The notes under the pieces were generated by a model. That model was given only the letters and a program-made list of their open reading frames with translations, had not been told where the DNA came from and did not search any database. The position numbers and the translations under genes were made by a program. This document shows positions 56,601 to 64,000 of a DNA stretch of 64,000 nt, piece by piece. Source of the stretch: Opitutales bacterium. GTDB taxonomy: Bacteria > Verrucomicrobiota > Verrucomicrobiia > Opitutales > JAVBMG01. Within the stretch, counting starts at the first letter, position 1, and each line of letters starts with the position of its first letter. The stretch is taken from the NCBI GenBank assembly GCA_031552815.1, contig JAVBMG010000014.1, positions 77,251-141,250 on the forward strand. Reading direction: 5' to 3'.

Positions 56601-58862
56601 TCAGAAAAGACTGAAACTTGCCGTAACACCCGCCATAACGATGGCAACCATGCTCATCAGTTTAATCAGGATGTTCAAGCTGGGACCTGAGGTGTCCTTG
56701 AACGGATCACCGACGGTATCACCTACGACGGTAGCTTTATGGTTATGGGAACCTTTACCGCCATGATTACCTTCTTCGATGAATTTCTTTGCATTATCCC
56801 ATGCACCACCGGCATTAGCCATGAATACAGCCAATACGAAACCGGTCGAAAGACCGCCGACAAGTAATCCCATCACACCGGAAATACCGATAACCAATCC
56901 GGTCAAGATCGGAATAACAATGGCAATCAATGAAGGAATAATCATTTCCTTCTGCGCGCCCTTGGTAGAAATTTCAACGCAACGTGCATAGTCCGGTTCG
57001 GCTTTGCCTTCCATGATACCGGCGATTTCCTTGAACTGGCGACGCACTTCAACCACCATGCTTTGGGCAGCACGGCCGACAGCATTCATCGTCAATCCGC
57101 AGAACAAGAAGGACATCATGGCACCAATGAACATACCGGCAAGAACACGCGGATTCATCAATGTGACATCATACCATGCCATGAAATCAGTAATGGAAGC
57201 TTTTTCCACGAGTTCACGCGTGAGTTTGAAACTCCCGATGTTAATCCAATCGATACCGTTATCAGCATCAATCAGACGAATAACACCGATACGCACTTCT
57301 TCGATGTAAGAAGCAAGCAAAGCCAAAGCTGTCAAAGCAGCGGAACCGATAGCGAAACCTTTTCCGGTTGCAGCCGTGGTATTGCCAAGCGCATCCAAAG
57401 CATCCGTACGTTTACGGACTTCAGGTCCGAGATGGCTCATTTCGGCATTGCCGCCGGCATTGTCAGCAATCGGACCGTAGGCATCCGTAGCAAGCGTAAT
57501 ACCGAGCGTCGAAAGCATACCGACAGCCGCAATACCGATGCCGTAAAGACCCTGGCTGAGATAACCGGAAGAAAATACGTTCTTGATCGTTATTCCGTCA
57601 ACAAAGCATAAGCCGGCTGCAAAGGAATAAGAAAGAACAATACCGATAACAACGGTAATAACAGGAATACAGGTGGATAACATACCCACTCCGATACCGG
57701 AAATAATAACAGTAGCCGGACCGGTTGCAGAGCTTTCAGCAATCGCCTGCGTCGGTTTGTATGTGTGGGAAGTGTAGTACTCCGTGGACTGGCCGATAAT
57801 GATACCGGAAATCAATCCGACCACAACAGCCAGCGAGATACCGATCCAGTTTGGCATCTGAAGCAGATACATAACCCCAAAGGTACCCACAACGATAAAA
57901 GCGGAGCTCAGATTAACACCGCGACCGAGCGATTTCAGCAACATCTTCATGGTTGCACCCTCTTTCGTACTCACTGCAAAGATACCGAGAATTGAAAGAA
58001 CAATACCGATCGCAGCAATTAACATCGGAGCCAGAATGGCCTTGATCTGCAAATCAGCGGTCGGTTCATGCATGAAAGCGGCAGCACCCAGTGCAGCGGT
58101 TGCAAGAATGGAACCGCAATAGGATTCATAAAGGTCAGCACCCATACCGGCAACGTCACCCACGTTATCACCGACATTATCAGCGATCGTAGCAGGATTA
58201 CGCGGGTCATCCTCAGGAATACCGGCTTCAACCTTACCAACCAGGTCAGCACCGACATCGGCAGCCTTAGTATAAATACCGCCGCCTACACGGGCAAAGA
58301 GCGCCTGCGTGGAAGCTCCCATGCCGAATGTCAGCATCGTGGTAGTAATCACGATCATCTTATGCTGGATGGTAGCATCCTTGATGAAGCAATCCAGGAC
58401 GATCGCCCAGAGGGAAATGTCCAGCAATCCGAGACCAACCACAACGAGTCCCATCACGGCACCGCTGCGGAACGCAACCCGGAGACCGGCATTCAGCGAA
58501 TTTTTGGCAGCATTTGCAGTACGTGCGGAAGCGTAAGTTGCCGTTTTCATCCCGAAAAATCCTGCCAGTCCGGAAAAGAAACCACCGGTCAGGAAGGCAA
58601 ACGGAACCCAGCCGTTCTGTAAACCTTTCATTGCCAGAAAAGTAAACAGCAATGCAAGGATAATGAATACGATGGCAACTATCTTATACTGTTGCTTGAG
58701 ATAGGACATAGCACCCACACGGACGTGAGATGCAATTCTTTTCATGGTATCCGTACCTTCGCTTTCCTTCATCATTTGCCTAAAAAAGAAATAGGCAAAA
58801 AAGAGGGCCAATACCGAAGCTACCGGGACACCCCAAAACAATGGATTCGTAATAATATGCAT
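56601..58862 (-). CDS. hppA: Membrane-bound proton/sodium-translocating pyrophosphatase
   Basis: Multiple H+-PPase signatures ([53 protein letters not shown]). ATG 58862 is preferred. Confidence 0.95.
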   Translation of the reverse strand: MHIITNPLFWGVPVASVLALFFAYFFFRQMMKESEGTDTMKRIASHVRVGAMSYLKQQYKIVAIVFIILALLFTFLAMKGLQNGWVPFAFLTGGFFSGLAGFFGMKTATYASARTANAAKNSLNAGLRVAFRSGAVMGLVVVGLGLLDISLWAIVLDCFIKDATIQHKMIVITTTMLTFGMGASTQALFARVGGGIYTKAADVGADLVGKVEAGIPEDDPRNPATIADNVGDNVGDVAGMGADLYESYCGSILATAALGAAAFMHEPTADLQIKAILAPMLIAAIGIVLSILGIFAVSTKEGATMKMLLKSLGRGVNLSSAFIVVGTFGVMYLLQMPNWIGISLAVVVGLISGIIIGQSTEYYTSHTYKPTQAIAESSATGPATVIISGIGVGMLSTCIPVITVVIGIVLSYSFAAGLCFVDGITIKNVFSSGYLSQGLYGIGIAAVGMLSTLGITLATDAYGPIADNAGGNAEMSHLGPEVRKRTDALDALGNTTAATGKGFAIGSAALTALALLASYIEEVRIGVIRLIDADNGIDWINIGSFKLTRELVEKASITDFMAWYDVTLMNPRVLAGMFIGAMMSFLFCGLTMNAVGRAAQSMVVEVRRQFKEIAGIMEGKAEPDYARCVEISTKGAQKEMIIPSLIAIVIPILTGLVIGISGVMGLLVGGLSTGFVLAVFMANAGGAWDNAKKFIEEGNHGGKGSHNHKATVVGDTVGDPFKDTSGPSLNILIKLMSMVAIVMAGVTASFSLF

Positions 58863-59083
58863 GTTATGTGTATTGTGAAATAGAGGTATATAGAGCTTTA
58901 TTAACAAAAACTCATTTGATACTACGGTGTATAATTTCTCCAATTATTACAAACCGAAAAATCATCAAAAAAATAAAAGTCCGACCTGGGGACATAACAT
59001 GCCTGCAATTTTAGCTGATTTATTAAAAAATTTGACTTGCTCCACCCTGTCCGAATCTTTTTACTGCAACACTTCAATGGCAT

Positions 59084-59175
59084 GGAGAGATGGCTGAGTG
59101 GCCGATAGCGGCGCCTTGCTAAGGCGTTGTACGGGTAATACCGTACCGAGGGTTCGAATCCCTCTCTCTCCGCCA
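59084..59175 (+). tRNA. tRNA-Ser (anticodon GCU), class II with a long variable arm and encoded CCA
   Basis: Manual fold: acceptor GGAGAGA/TCTCTCC; D arm GCT...AGC; anticodon stem GCGCC/GGCGT with loop TTGCTAA; long variable arm GTACGG-gtaata-CCGTAC; T arm GAGGG-TTCGAAT-CCCTC; 3' GCCA. Confidence 0.9.
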
Positions 59176-59334
59176 CCTTCTATCTGTCTTTGCAACTACT
59201 GTCTGTTCGTTAAACCGGTTTATTCATCTATAGAAAAGTATTGTATTCAAGCCATTTGGCCGCAAAATTGTATGACATAAACAGGTATTCAAGTTTTTCC
59301 AGTTTTCCGTGTCTGACAAAACCACAAAATCATC

Positions 59335-59841
59335 ATGATTACCCTACGCAAACTCATCTTCTGTCTTCTTCTTTGCTTTTTCTCCATCCCTTTGTTTGCC
59401 CAAATAAAAGGAAGCAACGGTATTGTGAATGTCGAAACAGGCCTAAGCATCCGTCCGTATGAAGCCGGTAACTCGACCGGGAATAAAATCGTCATGTACA
59501 AAACGATTGAATGGAAATGCATGACATGGGAATTCGAACAAACCGACGGCAATACTTACTCCTTGAAAAACCTGTTCACGGGAAAAACATTTCATCCCGT
59601 CGATGACCCGGCAAAGGAGGGCAATTCCCTTGAACAGCTTCCGCTGAATAAAAAGGATAAAACACAATTATGGGAATTCATTGCCGCAGACGAAGGTAAA
59701 TATAAGATCCGCCTCCCGGGAACCGATTTGTACCTGACTGCCGCAAACAGCAAGGACAGCAATTCAGTCATCACGCTGGAGAAAGACAAGAAAAGCACAT
59801 TGCAACAATGGAAACTCGTTCCGCAATCGCCTAAAATGTAA
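59335..59841 (+). CDS. Secreted ricin-type beta-trefoil lectin domain protein
   Basis: Signal peptide and QxW-like repeats (TQLWEF, LQQWKLV). Length is 168 aa. Confidence 0.6.
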   Translation: MITLRKLIFCLLLCFFSIPLFAQIKGSNGIVNVETGLSIRPYEAGNSTGNKIVMYKTIEWKCMTWEFEQTDGNTYSLKNLFTGKTFHPVDDPAKEGNSLEQLPLNKKDKTQLWEFIAADEGKYKIRLPGTDLYLTAANSKDSNSVITLEKDKKSTLQQWKLVPQSPKM

Positions 59842-59860
59842 TAAACTTCTTTCATCATAG

Positions 59861-59897
59861 AAAACCCCTTACATTCCGGTAAGGGGTTTTTGTTTTT
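59861..59897 (+). terminator. Intrinsic terminator after the lectin gene
   Basis: aaaaCCCCTTACattccgGTAAGGGGtttttgttttt. An 8-bp stem with a 6-nt loop is followed by a T tract. Confidence 0.85.
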
Positions 59898-59940
59898 ACG
59901 ATTGATACACCATTTACCGACGGTAGCATGTGATCCTACC

Positions 59941-61230
59941 ATGAAAATGATTTCCATTGATTCGCTTGGCGAATGTACATTCCCATCACCCTTAATTGAG
60001 CGGGCCTCCCGCTTCTATAATGACGAAGGCATTGCCCGGCATATACGTTCGAATCATCTTTCAGAATGCAATTCCATTAATGACATCGAATGCTTTGAGC
60101 TGGCTGGCGCGAGAGAGAAACTTTACTTCAACCCCAGGGAAACCACGGTCGGTATCGTCACCTGCGGAGGCATTTGCCCCGGTCTGAACGACGTTATCAG
60201 GGCTATCACTTTTTGCGCCCTTGAAGAATATAAGGTAAAGCGTGTTCTCGGTTTCCGCTATGGATACGAAGGGCTTGTCGCAAAATACTACCACCAACCT
60301 GCAGAACTCACGCTGGACAGCACGGACGAAATCCATGAGAAAGGCGGTACCATCCTGAAATCCTCCCGCGGACCGCAACCATCCGAGGAAATCGTACAGA
60401 CACTGATTCATTACGGGGTCGATATTCTTTTCACCATCGGCGGTGACGGTACGCAACGCGGTGCAAGCGATATCGCAAAGGAAGTCGAGAAACGGGGATT
60501 GAAAATTGCCGTCATCGGCATTCCCAAAACCATTGACAACGATATCAACAATGTCGAGCGTTCCTTCGGATTCATGACTGCTGTCGAAACGGCAAGCCAA
60601 GTCATCACTTCCGCCCACTCGGAAGCAAAGGCATTCCGCAACGGCGTGGGACTGGTCAAGGTTATGGGACGAAATGCCGGATGGATTGCGGCGGCGGCAT
60701 CACTGGCAAACAGCAATGTCAACTTCTGCCTGATCCCGGAAGTGCCTTTTGATTTTGACGGGCCAAACGGTTTCTTTTATCACCTGAAAAAACGTCTGGA
60801 GCAAAAGGACCACGCCGTCATTGTTGTTGCGGAAGGTGCAGGACAGAATCTTTTCACCGACAATGCCCAATTCGACAAATCAGGCAACAAGAAGCTGGGA
60901 GACATCGGCATCCTGCTCCGCGACCAGATGAATAAGCGTTTCGCAGAGATGAAAGAGGAAATAAATGTGAAATATTTCGACCCAAGCTATCTGATCCGCA
61001 GCACAGCAGCAAACGCCGTCGATTCCCAATATTGCCTTGGTTTGGGCTACAATGCGGTGCATGCCGGCATGGCCGGAAAAACAAACCTTGTCATTTCTTC
61101 CCATTGCAACCGCCTGATCCACGTGCCCATTTCCATGATAAGCGGAGGGAAAACCGTTGATCCGAACGGGTGGCTGTGGCAGACAGTGCTCCAGTCGGTC
61201 CACCAACCGACACACATGTGCAACCAATAG
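59941..61230 (+). CDS. pfk: 6-phosphofructokinase (PfkA family)
   Basis: TCGGICPGLN, IGGDGTQRGA and PKTIDNDI motifs. GGDG rather than GGDD leans towards ATP- rather than PPi-dependence (inference). Confidence 0.85.
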   Translation: MKMISIDSLGECTFPSPLIERASRFYNDEGIARHIRSNHLSECNSINDIECFELAGAREKLYFNPRETTVGIVTCGGICPGLNDVIRAITFCALEEYKVKRVLGFRYGYEGLVAKYYHQPAELTLDSTDEIHEKGGTILKSSRGPQPSEEIVQTLIHYGVDILFTIGGDGTQRGASDIAKEVEKRGLKIAVIGIPKTIDNDINNVERSFGFMTAVETASQVITSAHSEAKAFRNGVGLVKVMGRNAGWIAAAASLANSNVNFCLIPEVPFDFDGPNGFFYHLKKRLEQKDHAVIVVAEGAGQNLFTDNAQFDKSGNKKLGDIGILLRDQMNKRFAEMKEEINVKYFDPSYLIRSTAANAVDSQYCLGLGYNAVHAGMAGKTNLVISSHCNRLIHVPISMISGGKTVDPNGWLWQTVLQSVHQPTHMCNQ

Positions 61231-61236
61231 CGTAAT

Positions 61237-61270
61237 AAAAAGACGGTAGCGTAATGCTACCGTCTTTTTT
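61237..61270. terminator. Bidirectional intrinsic terminator whose stem is made of the 9-mer motif core
   Basis: AAAAAGACGGTAGC-gtaat-GCTACCGTCTTTTT. A 14-bp stem lies between convergent pfk (stop 61230) and the PPIase gene (stop 61289). Confidence 0.85.
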
Positions 61271-61288
61271 ATAAACTGACCCGGGATT

Positions 61289-61945
61289 TTAGAGTGAAGA
61301 CACCGGAACAATCCGGATGCTTTTTACGTCAACCCGTTCCGTCGGTTTGCTTTTCTCCCTTCCTGCATAAGTCACAGGTGTATCCGCAATTTTTGTCAAT
61401 ACATCATCCCCTTGGATCAAATACCCAAAGACTGTGTATTTTCCGTCGAGCTGCCGCGGACTCCCGTCACAGATAAAGAACTGCGACCCCGCACTGTTCG
61501 GATCTTCGCCGCGAGCCATCGAAACCACCCCTCGCGTATGCGGACGGTTGTTAAACTCTGCCTTGATTTTATATCCGGGATCTCCCTTTCCCCACATGCC
61601 TTCCTTTGAAGCATCCTTGGTAAACGGATCGCCTCCCTGAATCATGAAGCCTTTGACTATACGGTGGAACGAAGTCCCGTCATAGAATCCGAAATTGGCA
61701 AGCCGCTTGAAATTACCGACTGTTTTGGGAGCAGTGTCAGACCAAAAACCGATAATCATCGTTCCCTTACTTGTAGTAATGACGGCGACTTCGTCCGTAT
61801 CAAGGCCGTTCACACTCAACGCAGCACGTATTTTTGAATTTGTCGGCGTATTTCCCGACGATGAAGAGTCTGTGCTACCGCATCCGGCTGTCAGTAATGC
61901 ACATAATAAAAAAAATAAACCAAACCCTGAGCAGAAATTTCTCAT
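61289..61945 (-). CDS. Cyclophilin-type peptidyl-prolyl cis-trans isomerase, lipoprotein
   Basis: ATG 61945 gives MRNFCSGFGLFFLLCALLTAGC with a lipobox. FHRIVKGFMIQGGDP and GSQFFI motifs are present. Confidence 0.85.
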   Translation of the reverse strand: MRNFCSGFGLFFLLCALLTAGCGSTDSSSSGNTPTNSKIRAALSVNGLDTDEVAVITTSKGTMIIGFWSDTAPKTVGNFKRLANFGFYDGTSFHRIVKGFMIQGGDPFTKDASKEGMWGKGDPGYKIKAEFNNRPHTRGVVSMARGEDPNSAGSQFFICDGSPRQLDGKYTVFGYLIQGDDVLTKIADTPVTYAGREKSKPTERVDVKSIRIVPVSSL

Positions 61946-62026
61946 TCTCTTATAAAAACACCTATGCCCTAAGGATTTCAATCTTAAGATTGAAATTATG
62001 AAGTGAGAGAACACAATTATTTCATT

Positions 62027-63112
62027 ATGGGAAATTCTTTCGGCAAGCTTTTCAGTATCACCACATTCGGGGAAAGTCACGGCGGAGGCATCGGTGTCGT
62101 CGTTGACGGGTGCCCTCCCATGCTACCGTTGGACGAGAACGAAATCCAGGCAGAGCTTGATCGCCGCCGCCCGGGGCAAAGCAGTGTCTCCACGCCACGC
62201 AAGGAAGCAGACAGGGTCCGGTTCCTCTCCGGGGTCTTCGAGGGAAAAACCCTGGGAACGCCCATAGCCATGATCGTCGATAACACGGATGCCCGCCCTG
62301 CAGCCTATGATGAAATGCGCTCCAAGTTCAGGCCGTCCCACGCAGACTTCACCTATCAGGAAAAATACGGAATCCGGAACCATGAAGGCGGCGGACGTTC
62401 ATCCGCACGGGAAACCATCGGCCGTGTCGCTGCCGGTGTTATCGCAAAAAAAATACTGTCATCACTGGCCCACGTGGAAATCCGTGCCTATGTGGAAAGC
62501 ATCCATACGATTTCCATGGCTCCCTCACAGGAATTTCCCTCATTCGAAGCGGTTGAAGCTACCGCCATACGCTGTCCGGATCATGCTACCGCAAAGAAAA
62601 TGATTGCTGCCGTCGAAAACGCAGCGACCCACGGAGATTCGCTTGGGGGCGTCATTGCCTGCCGTATCCGCAACGTACCGCGTGGACTGGGGGAACCTGT
62701 TTTTGACCGGATTGATGCCGATCTGTCCAAGGCGATGCTCTCCATTCCGGCAAGCAAAGGCATTGAATTCGGTCTGGGATTCAAGGCAAGTGAACTGAAA
62801 GGCAGCGAACACAATGATTTATTCGAGATCCGGGAAGGGAAAATACGGACCCAAACCAATAAGGCCGGCGGTATGCTTGGAGGCATAACGACCGGGGAAG
62901 AGATTTTCTTCCGGGTCGCATTCAAGCCCACAGCCACCATCTCGCAGCCGCAAAAAACGGTTGATACCAGCGGCAGAGAAACCGAACTGATCGGGAGAGG
63001 AAGGCATGATCCGTGCGTCCTGCCACGCGCAGTACCGATCATTGAGGCCATGGCTGCCCTGGTACTTGTCGACCACCTTATGCGCAATCATGCCCAGAAC
63101 AGATTGCTTTAA
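62027..63112 (+). CDS. aroC: Chorismate synthase
   Basis: [26 protein letters not shown] and RHDPCV motifs. ATG 62027 is preferred. Confidence 0.95.
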   Translation: MGNSFGKLFSITTFGESHGGGIGVVVDGCPPMLPLDENEIQAELDRRRPGQSSVSTPRKEADRVRFLSGVFEGKTLGTPIAMIVDNTDARPAAYDEMRSKFRPSHADFTYQEKYGIRNHEGGGRSSARETIGRVAAGVIAKKILSSLAHVEIRAYVESIHTISMAPSQEFPSFEAVEATAIRCPDHATAKKMIAAVENAATHGDSLGGVIACRIRNVPRGLGEPVFDRIDADLSKAMLSIPASKGIEFGLGFKASELKGSEHNDLFEIREGKIRTQTNKAGGMLGGITTGEEIFFRVAFKPTATISQPQKTVDTSGRETELIGRGRHDPCVLPRAVPIIEAMAALVLVDHLMRNHAQNRLL

Positions 63113-63191
63113 ATCCAAGCTTCGTTAACATTATTCAGGTATCCGTTTGAAATAAAGCTATTTTGATTTTTCATCTCTAATTGTCTTCATC

Positions 63192-63971
63192 ATGTATCTC
63201 ATTATCGGAACAAAAAACAGCGGACGAAGAGAAATCCTTTTCGATCTGATAAACAGCCCGGATCGTATCTCCAACGCAAAAATTTTTCTTGCCAAAGCGG
63301 AATCCCCGGATGCTTTTGATGAAAAAATAGCGGCGCTTCACCACAGTACCATCATTCGGTACGAACAGGAATTGTTTCAGGAAATACTGGAAACCGATCA
63401 TCACGACGCTGATGTTTTTCTGATACTGAACAGCCGCGAGGACATGGTGGATCAGCTGGAAACAGCAGCAACCATCCTACCCCAAAGCCAGAATACGCTC
63501 GACCGTATTCTCTTCGTCATGGACTGCGATCTTGCCATGCGCGAAACAAGGCTTAAACGCTGGTTTGAAGCCGCAACCCATTTTGCCGATTGCGTATTGC
63601 TCAATAAACGGAGCAATGTGACGCCGGGATGGATGCGCGACTGGCTGGGCCATTTTGAAAAGGAACGCTATCCGACACTGTTCACCTTTGTTAAAAAAGG
63701 CCGCGTCGAAAACCCGGATCTGGTTCTCAGCACGACCCCGTTGCGCATGACGCTTGCCTTTGAGGAAGATGACAGCGTAACGGAAGAAACCAACGCCTCC
63801 TGGAAAAGCCTGGCCGAACATATTGACGATGATACCGTTTTCACAGACGACGCGGAAGATGAGGAAGATAAAGACGACGATGAGGTCACGGAACAAGACC
63901 CATACTTCGAGCGTATTCACAACGGAACAAGAAAGATTCACCTTCCCGATCCGAACAAGTTCATAGAGTAA
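63192..63971 (+). CDS. Hypothetical protein with CobW/G3E-GTPase-like architecture, a degenerate Walker A and an acidic C-terminal tail
   Basis: IIGTKNSGRREIL sits where G3E proteins have GxxGSGKTT. The pattern DVFLILNS...ILFVMDCD...ADCVLLNKRS resembles G3E switch and NKxD regions. DDAEDEEDKDDDE tail. Confidence 0.4.
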   Translation: MYLIIGTKNSGRREILFDLINSPDRISNAKIFLAKAESPDAFDEKIAALHHSTIIRYEQELFQEILETDHHDADVFLILNSREDMVDQLETAATILPQSQNTLDRILFVMDCDLAMRETRLKRWFEAATHFADCVLLNKRSNVTPGWMRDWLGHFEKERYPTLFTFVKKGRVENPDLVLSTTPLRMTLAFEEDDSVTEETNASWKSLAEHIDDDTVFTDDAEDEEDKDDDEVTEQDPYFERIHNGTRKIHLPDPNKFIE

Positions 63972-64000
63972 GTATTCAAAAAAACGGTAGCATGGAAATG

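Noticed and set aside
58863-59083. A sigma70-like promoter (TTGACT at 59033) for tRNA-Ser, and a structured leader for hppA.
   Set aside because: There is no convincing -10 element at correct spacing. The promoter consensus of this lineage is unknown to me, so it is not reported as a feature.
59176-59334. Integration of a mobile element at tRNA-Ser(GCU), with the lectin gene as cargo.
   Set aside because: There is no direct repeat of the tRNA 3' end downstream and no integrase. Only a single small gene with its own terminator is present.
59941-61230. PPi-dependent phosphofructokinase functionally paired with the nearby membrane pyrophosphatase.
   Set aside because: The active-site region reads GGDGT, where Gly at the discriminating position is associated with ATP-dependent enzymes, rather than GGDD. 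The claim cannot be supported from sequence alone.
1-64000. The 9-mer ATGCTACCG as a consequence of a repeated peptide motif or codon bias.
   Set aside because: It is translated in five different frames into unrelated peptides. About a quarter of the copies are intergenic.
1-64000. The 9-mer as a Chi-, KOPS- or AIMS-like polar signal.
   Set aside because: The orientation ratio is 26:19. Orientations are intermixed along the window and relative to gene direction, whereas polar signals show strong strand skew. One 64 kb window cannot exclude a weak skew.

Overview
64 kb chromosomal window, roughly 50-55% GC by eye, from a diderm bacterium. lptCAB, Tat-signal Gfo/Idh/MocA oxidoreductases, MoxR-DUF58, many glycoside hydrolases and a membrane pyrophosphatase suggest the PVC superphylum (Verrucomicrobiota/Lentisphaerota/Kiritimatiellota-like), but this is a low-confidence inference. 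I call about 55 protein genes, mostly housekeeping: lepA, panC, panD, nadB, folC, lptB/A/C, topB, xseA, recN, mntH, tex, rpe, hisC, hisF, prmC, glgB, hppA, pfk, aroC. Among them are glycan-degrading genes (GH2, GH92, GH78-like, a ricin-type lectin), one tRNA-Ser(GCU) and several clear intrinsic terminators. I found no rRNA, CRISPR array, transposase or integrase. The strongest signal is not a gene. The 9-mer ATGCTACCG/CGGTAGCAT occurs at least 45 times, about one per 1.4 kb, against about 0.5 expected by chance. It occurs in both orientations and is read in all five stop-free reading frames. It is enriched in intergenic DNA and twice forms the stems of terminator hairpins. This profile resembles the DNA uptake sequences of Neisseria and Pasteurellaceae. 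The second signal is an AT-rich, motif-free islet at 42.5-46.2 kb. There a GH78-like gene is bracketed by perfect 32-bp inverted repeats (about 63 bp when imperfect matches are included). It is followed by a gene graveyard: the 3' remnant of a WYL-type regulator frameshifted in a C7 run, and a 5'-truncated glycine-zipper toxin-like ORF split at an A7 run. All family assignments come from recognising motifs in the supplied translations, not from database searches. Motif positions come from a manual scan and may be incomplete.
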